64,000 bases of DNA. Origin: Torpedo marmorata. Taxonomy: Eukaryota. The notes below the pieces were generated by a model, which was given only the letters and a program-made list of their open reading frames with translations, did not search any database and was not told the origin of the DNA. The stretch spans positions 122,388,001-122,452,000 of the forward strand of contig OZ360221.1 in assembly GCA_977017645.1 (NCBI GenBank). Direction: 5' to 3'. Numbering within the stretch: the first letter of the stretch is position 1; each line of letters begins with the position of its first letter. Positions 1 through 11,819 of the stretch are shown in pieces. A program made the position numbers and the translations under genes.

Positions 1-672
1 TTTAGATGTAATAAAGAGGGTCTTTTGTAGACTCTTCATGGTTTTGTCCAAAAGTTTATGATTTTTGGTTGAAAGTTAAAAAATTTTTAGATAAAGTATT
101 TAAGATTGTATTTCCAATGGATCCTATGATATTTTTGTTTGGAGATATTAGAAAATTTAGTATTAAGATGAAATTAAATATGTATCAAAAAGAATTTTTG
201 CGAATTGCTTTAGCTGTTTCAAAGAAATGCATTGCTATTACTTGGAAATCTGATTTAGATTTAGGATTAGAAGGATGGCATGCAGAACTTCGTTCGTGTA
301 TACCACTTGAAAAAATTACTTATAATTTACGTAATAAATATCATTTCTTAAAAATTTGGAGCCCATATAGGAAAGCTGTTGGTTTAAGGATTTGAAGATC
401 TCTGGATATCGGATCTACTGGCATACTTGACCTCCATAATAGAATTAGTTTATAGATTGGCATTCTCCTTACTCTATCTTTTTCTTTCTTTTTCTTCTTC
501 TTTTTCTATTTTCATTTTATTTTTATTTTTTATTAGATTAGTGGGGTTGGGAAGGTTGGGGAGGGGAGGGAGGGGGGGGTAAAAATGTATCACAAATAAT
601 TTGATAATTTTATATTCTATTTTATGTATTTTGTGATGTAAAAATTTTAAATAAAATATTTTTTAAAAAAAG
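1..672 (+). mobile_element. L1-clade LINE 3' end (ORF2 C-terminus, 3'UTR, A-rich tail)
   Basis: ORF 69-395 (..RIALAVSKKCIAITWKS..IPLEKITY..KIWSPY) is an L1 ORF2 C-terminus. A G-rich tract, AATAAA and an A-tail follow at ~650-672. Paralogous to the copies at 53.0-53.6 kb and 59.2-59.9 kb. Confidence 0.85.
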
Positions 673-1084
673 AAATAGGATCAAGAGTAGGCCATCCGGC
701 CCATTGAGCCTGCTCTGCCATTCAATGAGTAGTTTAATTAGCAATTTTATAGCTTATTTCTCCTTAATAGTTAGTTTTAATCAGTCCATAAAGAATAAGG
801 TGCATTCATTCTTTCTACAAACATTTTACATCACGCAGTCTTTTCCTCCACAAGCCAAGGCTTCTTTCACAGACCTGGCTGACTGTCAATCAATGTCTTT
901 TTCTCTGTGCATCCTGTCAGAGGCAGGACTAAAAATAAGGAGCAAAATTACCGGTAAGTCATTATTTTTTTTGTTGGGATCACTATTTTGCGAGACTTTC
1001 TATTTGTCAGAGATAGTTGATAATTCTGTAGAATTCTTTGTCCTCACATGATTTACTGTAAAAATGTTGCAGAAGATGAGGCTT

Positions 1085-1905
1085 TTTCTTTCTTTTCTTT
1101 TTAAAATATTTTTATTGAGTTTAACATATAAACAAACATACAAGAAAAAAAAAAGAAAACATATAATCATACAAATTCAAAGGAAAAACAAGCAAATGAA
1201 ACTACATTAACCAGTTCCCAAGTTTAAATATAGAACAAGTTATGAATATGTTATAAATTCATGTTAAAACTCATATTCCAAATTATTGACTAAAATATAA
1301 AATTCCAAAAAAAAAAGAAAAAAATTCTGAAAGCTAATTTTAATCTAACCCCTCCCTCTATAAAAGGTTAACTTTATAACAAAGTGAAAAGAGAAAATGG
1401 ATCAGATAGCGATCTCCAGATCTCGGACAGAGAATCCTCGGAACATTCACGTTTACTAATTCTTCCAATCATGACAGTATTCTATAAATGGGCCCCATAT
1501 CTTTAGAAATTGAAATTTTCTATCTTTAATATTATATCTAATTTTCTCCAAGCTCAGTTAAGACATTACATCCTGTAACCACTGTCTATGTATCGGTGAT
1601 GAATCGTCTTTCCATTTCAATAAAATTGCTCGTCTGGCTATCAACGTGGAAAAGGCTAGAACTTTCTCCTGAGATGCACAGAGGTATATTTGGTTCACGT
1701 AAAAAACCAAACAAAGCAATTAACAGACATGGTTCTATTTTAATCTTAAAAATCATCGATAAAGTTTGAAAAATATTTTTCCAAAATCTCTCTAAATTTG
1801 GGCATTCACAATACATATGAATCAGTGAGGCTTCAAAAATGTTACACTTCTCACATAGTGGATCAATATCTGCATAAAAACGAGATAATTTATATGCATA
1901 TATAA
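1085..1905 (-). mobile_element. L1 LINE 3' fragment (minus); a short plus-strand L1 piece follows at ~1905-2080
   Basis: T-rich tail on the left. ORF 1586-1816 (CECPNLERFWKNIF..LIALFG) is ORF2 C-terminus. ORF 1913-2101 (..EDW..SSFCARHCLLQFKVVHR) is an ORF2 zinc-finger-region piece on the opposite strand. Confidence 0.7.
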
Positions 1906-3469
1906 CGATTTATTGGATATAAGATCAGTCCCTATGGCAAGGATTAAGAATGACTGCGAACGTGATTTAAATATAACATTTTCAGACGAAGACTGGTATC
2001 ATACTCTTAGCTTGATTAACAGCTCTTCTTTCTGTGCAAGACATTGTTTATTACAATTTAAGGTGGTACATAGAATCCATAAGGCTTTTTGTTTTCATTA
2101 ACATTGAAACCAATTTTTAAACAGTCACACTGTAACATTTTCCTTAAGGTATTCAGAAAAATGTGCCCAAAAAATTCTAGAAGTTGTATTTTATTCATGT
2201 ATAGATGTGAGATGTGGACTTGTGGTTGTACCTTCATCATTAACATGCTGTCCTCTAAATATTGCTGCAAATTCCTTATAATTGTACAGGTTGCTGGTTT
2301 GTATTGACTCAAGATTATTATTTTCATCGTGAATAATGCCAGCTACCAGCATTAAGCATGTTGAACTTTGCAGCTAATCAGGGATGCCCAAAGTAGTTTC
2401 ACAAGGTAACTCTGTATTCAGTTTACTTTAGCCAATGAAAATATTCCTTTATGGTTCTCTGCTGAAGCATAAAATATGCTTTACAACCATACATAACACG
2501 CAGAATGGTCAGACAGTTAAAAACAGGTCATATTTGAAAAATTCACAACAAACTTTCTCGGCAATACATAAGAACAAGAAATAGGAGCAGGAGTAGGCTA
2601 TCTGGCCCGTCAAGCCTGCTCCGCCATTCAACGTGATCATGGCTGATCTGATGATAGGCTCATCTCCACCAACCTGCCTTTTCCCCATATCCTTTAATTC
2701 CCTTACTATGTAAAAATCTATCCAACCTTGTCTTAAATATATTTACTGAGGTCGCTTCCACTGCTTCAATGGGCAGCGAATTCCACAGATTCAACACTCT
2801 CTGGGACAAGCAGTTCCTCCTCATCTCCATTCTAAATTTATTACCCTGAATCTTGAGGCTATGTCCCTTAGTTCTGGTCTCCCTTACCAATGGAAACAAC
2901 TTAACTACCTCTATCTTATCTATGCCTTTCATAATTTTATATATTTCTATAAGATACCCTCTCATTCTTCTAAATTCCAGCGAGTATAGTCCCAGACGAC
3001 TCAATCTCTCCTCATAGCCTAACACCTTCATCCCTGGAATCAACCTGGTGAACCTCCACTGCACCACCTCCAAAGCCAGTACATCCTTCCTCAAGTCAGG
3101 GGACCAGAACTGCATGCAGTACTCCAGATGCGGCCTCACCAGTATCTTGTACAGTTGCAGCATAACTTCCCTGCTCTTAAATTTAATCCCTCGAGCAATG
3201 AAGGCCAACATTCCATTTGCCTTCTTGATAGCCTGCTGCACCTGCAAACCAACCTTTTGCGATTCATTCACAAGCAATCCCAAGTCCTTCTACATCGCAG
3301 CATGCTGCAATTGCTTGCTATTTAAATAATATTCTGATCTTCCATTTTTCCTTCCAAAGTGGATAACCTCACATTTGCCAACATTGTACTCCATTTGCCA
3401 GATCCTTGCCCACTCACTTAACCTATCTATATCTCTCCGTATCCTCTGCACAATTTACTTTTCCACCTA

Positions 3470-4742
3470 CCGTATATTTCGGCGTATAAGTCGACCGGCG
3501 TATAAGTCGACCCCCCTTTTTCAGCCTCATTTTAATGGTTTTATGGTATATCCGGCGTATAAGTCGACCCCAAAAATCTCGATGCCTGAGATGTTGCGCA
3601 TTGACCGGCGTATAAGTCGACCCCCAATTTTCAGGCTGTCTGGGCCTCCCAGCAACAACCCAAAATTTGTTACAACATCCCAATCGCCAAGTAACAAAGC
3701 TGTAAATTAAGCAAGTACCGGTAAGTAAAAAAAACAGTAAAATAAACCTTTGCTTCTGGCCGGGAAGATGCAGGTGCGGCGACGTCTTTCTCCCGAGCAG
3801 GAGCGGGGACTCATTCTCCCGAGCAGTAGCGGGGAGCTCGTTCTCCCGAGCAGGAGCGGGGAGCTCGTTCTCCCGGGCAGGAGCGGGGAGCTCGTTCTCC
3901 CGGGCAGGAGCGGGGAGCTCGTTCTCCCAGGCAGGAGCGGGGAGCTCGTTCTCCCAGGCAGGAGCGGGGAGCTCGTTCTCCCAGGCAGGAGCGGGGAGCT
4001 CGATCTCCCAGGCAGGAGCGGGGAGCTCGTTCTCCCAGGCAGGAGCGGGGAGCTCGTTCCCCCAGGCAGGAGCGGGGAGCTCGTTCTCCCAGGCAGGAGC
4101 GGGGAGCTCGTTCTCCCAGGCAGGAGCGGGGAGCTCGTTCTCCCAGGCAGGAGCGGGGAGCTCGTTCTCCCAGGCAGGAGCGGGGAGCTCGTTCTCCCAG
4201 GTAGGAGCGGGGAGCTCGTTCTCCCGAGCAGGAACGGGGAGCTCGTTCTCCCAGGCAGGAACGGGGAGCTCGTTCTCCCAGGCAGGAACGGGGAGCTCGT
4301 TCTCCCGAGCAGTAGCGGGGAGCTCGTTCTCCCAGGCAGGAACGGGGAGCTCATTCTCCCGAGCAGTAGCGGGGAGCTCGTTCTCCCAGGCAGGAACGGG
4401 GAGCTCGTTCTCCCGGGTAGGAGCGGGGAGTTCAGGCTCTACAATTGTAGAATGTCTGGGTGGTTTATGGCGGCGCCCGGCAGTGGGGAGGTGTCGGGGA
4501 GCGGCGGCGCCGGCGGTGGGGAGGCGCTTCCAGGGTCGACCTATATGCCGAATCGTGTTTTCAGGGGTCGACTTATACGCCGAATCGTGTTTTCAGGGGT
4601 CGACTTATACGCCGAATCGGCGTGAACTCGATTTTGAGCTGATTTTAAGGTCTCAAAAGTATATCCGGCGTATAAGTCGACCCCCGTTTTTTGAGACATT
4701 TTTGAGGGTTTCAAGGGTCGACTAATACGCCGAAATATACGG
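3470..4742. mobile_element. Non-autonomous Tc1/mariner (Tc2/pogo-like) MITE
   Basis: TIRs CCGTATATTTCGGCGTATAAGTCGACC ... GGTCGACTAATACGCCGAAATATACGG. TA TSD at 3468-69 and 4743-44. Multiple subterminal CGGCGTATAAGTCGACC copies in both orientations. Confidence 0.9.
3788..4430. repeat. 27-bp GC-rich minisatellite (~24 copies) inside the MITE
   Basis: Unit GGGGAGCTCGTTCTCCCAGGCAGGAGC. It produces the spurious repetitive ORFs 3707-4354 and 3750-4625. Confidence 0.95.
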
Positions 4743-5039
4743 TAATTTAGTGTCATCAGCAAACTTAGATACACTTCACTCTGTCCCCTCTTCCAGACAG
4801 TAAATAATAACAATATACCTTTCTCGACAATTGTGATATGTCTTCAGTTTGCACTCCCAATATTTCATTCTTCTTAATGGTGCGACAATCAATAAATTCC
4901 TCATTAAGCTACCAGACTGTTTTCAGCTGCTTTCATTGACATTGCTGAGAAAGATAATCACATATGTTTCCTCCCAGAAGACTGGAGAATTGACAAGTTC
5001 TACCAAAATAACAAACAGATGCCACATCCAATGTTCATT

Positions 5040-5759
5040 CCGACAAAGTTTGAGGTGTTGTTCTTTGAAAGGTCGAATCTAAGCACTTAACAGCATTAAT
5101 CCCTGAAAGTGGCCACATAAGGCAATAGGGTGGTAAACAGGTTTATTGTATGCTTGCCCTTATTGGTCAGAGCACTGAGTATGAATAAGGAAGTCATGTT
5201 GCAGCTGTATAAAACTTTGTTTGAGCCACATTTGGACTATTGTGTGCCATTTTGGTTGCCCCATTAATTGAAGGTTGTGGAGGCTTTGGAAAGGGTATAG
5301 AAGAGATTTACCAGGATGCTACTGTGATTAGAGGGTATGGAGTATGAGCTATGCGGAGAAGTTGGACAAAGTTGGGTTGTTTTCTCTGGAGCGTTGGAGT
5401 CCGAGGGGTGTCCTGATAGAAACGTATAATATGATGAGAGAAATATATAGGGTAGACAAATCAATCTTTTTTCCAGAGTAAAAATATCAACTATTAGAGG
5501 GTGTTCATTTCAGGTGAGGGGGAAAGTTTAAAGATGTAAGGGGCAAGTTTTCTTCACATAGAGGGTGTGGTATGTGTCTGGAACAGGCTGCCATGAGTGG
5601 TGGAAGCAGATACAATAGTAGCATTCAAGTGAAAAAGCATGGAATGGAGGGGTATGGATTACATGCAGGGTGAAGCAATATAGATTAGTTTGGCATTGCG
5701 TTCAGCATATACATCATGGGCTGAAGGACCTGCTCCTGTACTGTATTGTTTTATGTTCT
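5040..5759 (+). mobile_element. Degenerate CR1 LINE 3' fragment
   Basis: Remnants of LYKTL..PHLDYC..FW codons and a CR1-type 3' tail ending TGTATTGTTTTATGTTCT. Confidence 0.7.
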
Positions 5760-7385
5760 CCTCACATCTCCCATCTCCTCCACTTCCCTCATTTCTGCTC
5801 TGACCCCGCCTCTCCCCAAACAGAACAGAGGGAGTTCTGTGGGATTCTCTTTCACTGCTCCCCATCTGCAACCCCTGCTGCTCTCAAGCTCTACGACCAC
5901 GTACTCACCCAGACTCGATTCCACAGCCACGTTGCCTTCCTCGCTACTTGCCACCATCTTGTGCCTCCTGGTTTCCAGCTTCGATTCCAGGCCTCGCAGT
6001 TTGGCCCTCGCAAGGACCTCAGGTACCTACACAGCATCGACTGCTGCTCTCTCCACTTCTCCCGACGACTCCTACGCACCACCCTCGCCTGGATGCGGAG
6101 ATACCAGCGGCAACTCGCCCTCTCACTGCCACAGCTCCGGACCTCGCTGGCCATGGCCTGCAGCGGACCCTTCCTATGCCGACAAATACTACAAACCCTC
6201 TAAATCCCACAACTACCTGGACTACACTTCCTCACACCCTGTCCCCTGCAAGGATTCCATCCCCTTCTCTCAATTTCTCCGTCTCCACTGCATCTGTTCC
6301 CAAGATGAGGTCTTCCAGTCCAGATCTTCCGAAATGTCTGCCTTCTTCCACAAACGTGGCTTCCCCTCCACCACTATCAACTCAGCCCTCACCCGCATCT
6401 CCTCCATTTCCCGCTCATCTGCCCTGGCCCCCTCTGCCCCCAGACGCAACAAACATAGAATCACCCTCATCCTCACCTACCACCCCACCAGCCTCCGCAT
6501 CCAACACATTATCCGCCGGAATTTCCGGCACTTACTATAGGATCCCACCACCAGACACATTTTTCCTTCTCCTCTCGGCTTTCCGCAGGGACCGCTCCCT
6601 CCGCGATTCCCTTGTGCACTCATCCCTCCCCACCCATCACAACTCCAGCACCTTCCCCTGTGCCCGCAGGAGGTGCAACACTTGCGCCCACACCTCTTCC
6701 CTCATCACGGTCCGGGGCCCCAAACAGGCCTTTCAAGTGAAGCAACACTTCACTTGTACATCCAGAGAACTTATTTACTGCATCCGGTGCTCCCTTTGTG
6801 GCATTCTCTACATCGGAGACCAGTCGTAGATTGGGAGATCGCTTCGCTGAGCACCTCCTCTCCATCCGCAACAGCGATATCCCAGTAGCCAACTATTTCA
6901 ATTCTGAGTCACACTCCCACACTCACATGTCTGTCCATGGCCTTATGTACTATCCCACCCAGACCACCCGCAAATTGGAGGAACAACACCTTATTTTCTG
7001 TCTGGGCACTCTCCAGCCAGATGGCATTAACATTGACTTTTCTGCTTTCCACTAAACCTGCTTGCCTTTCTTTCCCCTCCCCTCTTCCCTGTCCTTCCAG
7101 TTCTTCCACCCACCCATCCATCCCTCCTCCCCCTCGTTGCTGCTGTCCCCTCCATCTTTTCTCCACCTATCATCTCCTGCCTTTGCCACCCCCCTTCCCC
7201 CCCCCCACTCTTTTGTTCGGATGCCTGCTGGCATTTTATCATTCTTTGATGAAGGGCTCAAGCCCGAAACGTCGATTATGTATCTTTACCTTCGCTACAT
7301 AAAGGACACTGTTTGACCTGCTGAACTTCTCCAGCATTTTGTGTTTTACTTCAACCACGGTGTCTACAGATTTTTGTGATTTACC
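5760..7385 (+). mobile_element. Penelope-like element (PLE), internally deleted: N-terminal region, post-RT region, GIY-YIG and terminal repeat with hammerhead motif
   Basis: ..HNYLDYTSSHP..KDSIPFSQFLRL..CS.. (post-RT region) and FTCTSRELIYCIRCSLCGILYIG/ETSRRLGDRFAEH (GIY-YIG). HHR motif at 7240-7280. Confidence 0.85.
7239..7280 (+). ncRNA. Minimal type-I hammerhead ribozyme-like motif (PLE-associated)
   Basis: TTGATGA-A-GGGC-TCAA-GCCC-GAAA-C-GTC: core with stem II GGGC/GCCC and a GUC cleavage triplet. Confidence 0.65.
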
Positions 7386-8210
7386 TCCAGAACAGACGTA
7401 GAGTCCCTTGGTCCTTAGCTTTCACACTATCAGCCTTTACATCCAGCACATTTTTCATTTCTATCAGCTACAAAGTGATTCCACCACCAGTCACTCTCTG
7501 CAAGAACCACTCGTTCATCCCTCCCCACCCATCCCTTTCCATCCACATCCACTTTCCCCTGCAACTGTCGGAGGCGCAACATCTGTCCTTAAACCTTCTC
7601 CCTCAATGCCATCCGAAACAGCCCTTCCAAGTGACACAGAAATTCACATGCATCTTCTCCAACCATGTTTATTGCATTAAGTTCTTGATGTGGGCACCTC
7701 TACATTGGTGATATCAAGTGCAGACTAGCGGACTGCGTTGCCCAGCACCTGTGCCCTGTCCGCAATGGCCATCTGGAACTCCGTTGCAAGCCATTGCAAA
7801 TCTCTCTCCCCATTCCCACACCAACATGTCTGTCCTCCACTCCATTTCTGCCAGGGTGAGGCCAAATGCAATCGAGAGGAACAGCACCTCATATTCTGCC
7901 ATGGTAGTCCATACCCAATGGCATGTACATTTGAATTCTCCAATTTCCAGCACTCCCTCTGTTCCTTTCTCTCTCCTTCAGATCCACCCAAGCCCCCTCA
8001 CACACACTCTTCTTACCAATAAACCCCCATCCCTGTTACCCAGTTTCTTTCCCCTCCCCCAGCTGATTCCATCTCCAAAACGCCATCCATTTAAACCACT
8101 AAGCTCCCCAAACCCTTCTCTTACTGTTCCCATCTGCCCAGTCATCACCTCCCTATCTCATCTGATTCCATACTTTGCAGCCCTTCATTATCTCCACTTA
8201 TCAGCTCTGC
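7386..8210 (+). mobile_element. Older degenerate PLE GIY-YIG fragment
   Basis: PKQPFQVTQKFTC..NHVYCI and ..EEQHLIFC, homologous to the PLE at 6.7-7.0 kb. Confidence 0.65.
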
Positions 8211-8450
8211 TTGGGAAAGCATGCCACTCTTCACAAGAATATAAGAAAATCAGAGCAGGAGTCAGCCACCAGGTCGTTCAAAACTGCTTGTAATTCAATA
8301 TGATCATGGCTGATCTATGCTCGCTTCAACTTCTCTTTGTCCCAATTTTCCATATCCCTCAACTCCTTGATCTTTCAAATATTTACCCACCTTTAATATC
8401 TCATGATGTAATCTTCATCACCATTGGGGGCAGAGAATTATAAAGATTTA

Positions 8451-8628
8451 CCGTATACTCGTGTAATCGTCGAATTTTTTAGACTACTTTTTTGGGCCAA
8501 AAAAGGGGGTGTCGACTTTTACATGGGTCAAACTTTTGATTTTGGTAAGTACCTGCGTCGTTCAAGGCGTTTGGAGCTCGGATGGCCACAGTAAGTCCGC
8601 GGTCGGGGCATCGGGAGCTCGGATGGGC
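8451..8628. mobile_element. Truncated Tc2-like MITE end
   Basis: TA-CCGTATACTCGTG.. terminus and a GGGGGTGTCGACTT subterminal motif. No second TIR found. It is followed by a minus-strand Rex1 fragment (~8626-8710). Confidence 0.55.
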
Positions 8629-9989
8629 TGTTTTGATAACGTCTGTAATGGCCCTGGTGTAATGATTCAGATCTTCAGCTGAGTTCTTGAACACCGCCCA
8701 ATCCATTGTCCTGAGGCATAAAGTCATATAAAGAGACATTAAAACTTGGTGAAGATGTGTTTTTAAGAATGGGAAGGTTTAGTAAGGAAATATTAAGACC
8801 AATGACCACTGAGTGCACACTACCTTTAGTGGGGACCAGCTCCCTCATCACTGTCGGTTTACTCATTATATTGTTATTTTAATTGGCCATCTCCATCATG
8901 TCTAATTCAGACCAACAATGTTGATGGCAAAACTTCTCGTATTCCTGGGCTACGTTCAGGTCTGTTAGTTCTAGGACTGCCCACGTGAATTCTAACATTC
9001 CAAGTCAAAGAGTCACAGAGCAGGGAACAGCCCCTTCGGCCCACCTCGTTTATGCCAACCAAGTTGGCATTCTGAACTCGTCCCATTTTCCTGCATTTTG
9101 GTCCATATCCTCTGAAAATTCAAAAATGGCAGCGCTGCTGCTGGTGTGAACCCAGGATGAGTGGCGATTGCTCTTTTGCGGGGTCCTTCTGCTCAGTCGT
9201 TACACCGATGGCCAATATAGGTTTAAACCACCTGAAGAACTGGGCTAGCGGTGTTTTTTTTTTTAAGCAATGGAGAACCCATGGAGGTCTGTGCCCAAGA
9301 TGGCACCCATGTTTAGCAGCCCAGACCACAAGGGTTGCGGGCTCCGGGGCAGCAGTGAAGCTTGGGAGAAGACCATAAAGGGTAGGAGACCACAGCAACC
9401 GTCCATTGACGGGCTCGGTGGCTAACCAACACCAGGCTGTGGGATGTCTGAGGGCTCTGGAGAACCAGGTGTTGGGACCAAGATTCATTTGGGTGTCAAT
9501 GGCGAGCAGCGCTCCCAAAGGGGCTCAAGTTTAACATCTTCCTAATTGAATCAGGAGTTCGGAGCCAGGAGCCAAAGAGGGTGACTTGGATGCCTGGAGC
9601 TTGAGTTCACCACTTGTGCTGGTGAAGGTACATGGAACAGATTCAAAAGGTTCAAGGAATGACAACCCTAGATACGTGTTTGTAGTAAAAATGTGCAATT
9701 TATTTACAAATGGGAAACAATTACAAAACAGGAGACAGCACTCGGGCACACAGACTGATCATGCTAGCATGCAGGTTACCTAAGCTACAAGTACCTACGG
9801 AAGGTATCTAGAACATCTGAGGTAAAAACAAACAGTACCTGCCACCCCTCCCTCCAATGTACGGGTATGGTACACGGATCAAAGCTATCTAGCTACAGAT
9901 TCAAATGTACAAGTTAAACGGGGCACACCATAATTATTCATCCTAGTGCACGCCAAGACTGTGTCCCACCTCTTTTACAGCACACACCT

Positions 9990-10622
9990 TAAGATTCAGT
10001 TTACTGTCATGTAATAAAGACAGTGCAATATTACATGAAATTTGTTTTTGTCTGCCATAAGGCAGACAGATTCGCCATTGGCAGAAATTGCCTGAAGCGC
10101 CTCTTACAGTCAGAGAAAGAGAAGCAAAAGAGAGTCCCGTCAGAGTCACCGAGTGTCTGTGGATTCGCCTCCAGCGCTTCAGCAGCCACACAGAGTCCAG
10201 TCCAAACCATCAGCAGCCCGGGCTCCAGATCCGAACCTCCATCGACACGATCAGGAACCCTTTCACTGCCCTCAGCACCCTATCGCATCCTAATTCCAAT
10301 ACCTGGAACCCCTTCAGTCAGTCTTGAGCCAGTCTCCAGCCTGGTGTGAATCCCTCAACCACAGTCGCCAGCAGCCCACAGCCTGCGTGGGTTCTTCGCC
10401 TAGTCACGAACAGCCTGCCATCAGTGTGTTTCTTCAACTGCAGAACCCCTCACTAGTCTGCCGTCATGGTCACCTTCCCATGGGTTATCTCCTCTGCTTC
10501 TTCTCAAATGGGGGTGGGTGGGGTGGTCTCTGTTTTTTGGTGCCCTGCGCCAGTCCTCTGCTTCCCCGTAGTCTGCAACCCCTCATGGCTGTTGCTGATC
10601 CTAGGCACCACCATCTTGGGCG
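9990..10622 (-). mobile_element. Non-autonomous retroelement (SINE-like or Rex1-type termini)
   Basis: The minus strand starts CCAAGATGGTGG and ends ..CATGACAGTAAACTGAATCTT, resembling the Rex1 tail (CATGACAATAAATTCT at ~40125). Confidence 0.45.
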
Positions 10623-10659
10623 CAGTATTTTTAAATGAAAGCACCATCAGCTCCATTAA

Positions 10660-11200
10660 CAGTAAAAACACAATGCTGGAGAAACTCAGCAGGTCAAACA
10701 GTGTATATAGCAAAGATAAAGATACATAACTGACGTTTTGGGCTTGAGCCCTTCATCAAGGTATGGAAAAATGTTGGCAGGCATTCAAAAAAAAGGTAAG
10801 GGGAGAGGGGTAGGGGGAGGAGCACGGTCCCAAAAGCAGGAGGTAATGGGTGGAGAAGGGAGGGAGGGCACAGCAGCAAGCAGGGGGAGCAGGGTGGCTC
10901 GGTGAATAGAGAGGGAAGTGGGTGGAAAGCTGAGGGAAAGAAGACCAGGGGAAGGGAACGGAGGGAGAATGGAGAGTAGATTAGCAGAAACCGGAGAAGT
11001 CGATGTTAATGCCATCCGGCAGGAGAGTGCCCAGATGGAAAATCAATTGTTGTTCTTCCAATTTACGGGTGGTCTTGGTGGGATAGTACATAAGGCCATG
11101 GACAGACATGTGAATATGGGAGTGGGATGCAGAATTGAAATGTTTGGCTACTGGGAGATCCTTGTTGCTGATGCGGACAGAACGAAGGTGCTCAGCGAAG
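10660..11200 (-). mobile_element. PLE 3' fragment with hammerhead-like motif (~10725-10765)
   Basis: Reverse complement of the 6850-7350 region. The core reads CCTTGATGAAGGGCTCAAGCCCAAAACGTC. Confidence 0.8.
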
Positions 11201-11819
11201 CCTTTACGAAGCTGACGGCAGTCGGACAGGGAGGCTGGACCCTGAGGGAGCGCTGTGACTCCGCTCCCTGCTCTCCACGGGTCTGCACCAGTGCTGCCAT
11301 TACAGCAGCTCTGGCAGCGCCGCCAATTTTTTTTCTTTTACAACTGCTCCTCCAGCACTGCCCGCGGATCACAGCCAGGAGAGGAAAAAGAGAGCGAGGT
11401 GAGCACATGTTCTCATTTTTATCTACCTGGGGGCTTGAGGCCAGCCCAGGTAATGACCCACTTGAATTCAGGTTAGGAATATGATCAATTGAAAGGTGGT
11501 GTAAACTGTGGGCGGATCTGATATTCATGGACATGGGGGTAATGGCCTTCGACCTATTTCTTGTCCGACTAGTGAGGTGACCCTCCACGTTATACCACTG
11601 GAACAGACAGGAGGTTTTGGGGCACAGGAGCACAGAAGGCAGTGGCTTCGGAAGTGGTGGCTGGATCCACGGACACTATATCTCTGAAGGGACTCCGTTT
11701 TTCTTCTCCTTCTCTTGTGTGTGGGGGCACTGGACAAGTGAAGCTTGTTTGTGCGCTATTACGGGTAAACAAATTTTGTGTATTTATGTACATGAAAATA
11801 AAGGAACTGTGAATCTTGA

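Larger units (their letters stand above)
2567..4800 (-). mobile_element. CR1 LINE 3' part, interrupted by a Tc2-like MITE at 3470-4742
   Basis: ORF 2660-3283 (LYKILVRPHLEYC..QFWSP..YEERL..LGLYSLEFRRMRG) is CR1 ORF2 C-terminus, with the CR1 3' tail at ~2567-2660. CR1 sequence (FADDTKL on minus) resumes at 4745. Confidence 0.9.

Noticed and set aside
3707-4625. Long repetitive ORFs (GELVLPGRS / SSPLLPGRT) as proteins
   Set aside because: They are translations of a stop-free 27-bp minisatellite inside a MITE, open on both strands.
9670-9980. Possible solo LTR (TGT..TTTATT..TTACA)
   Set aside because: No convincing TSD or second copy in the window.
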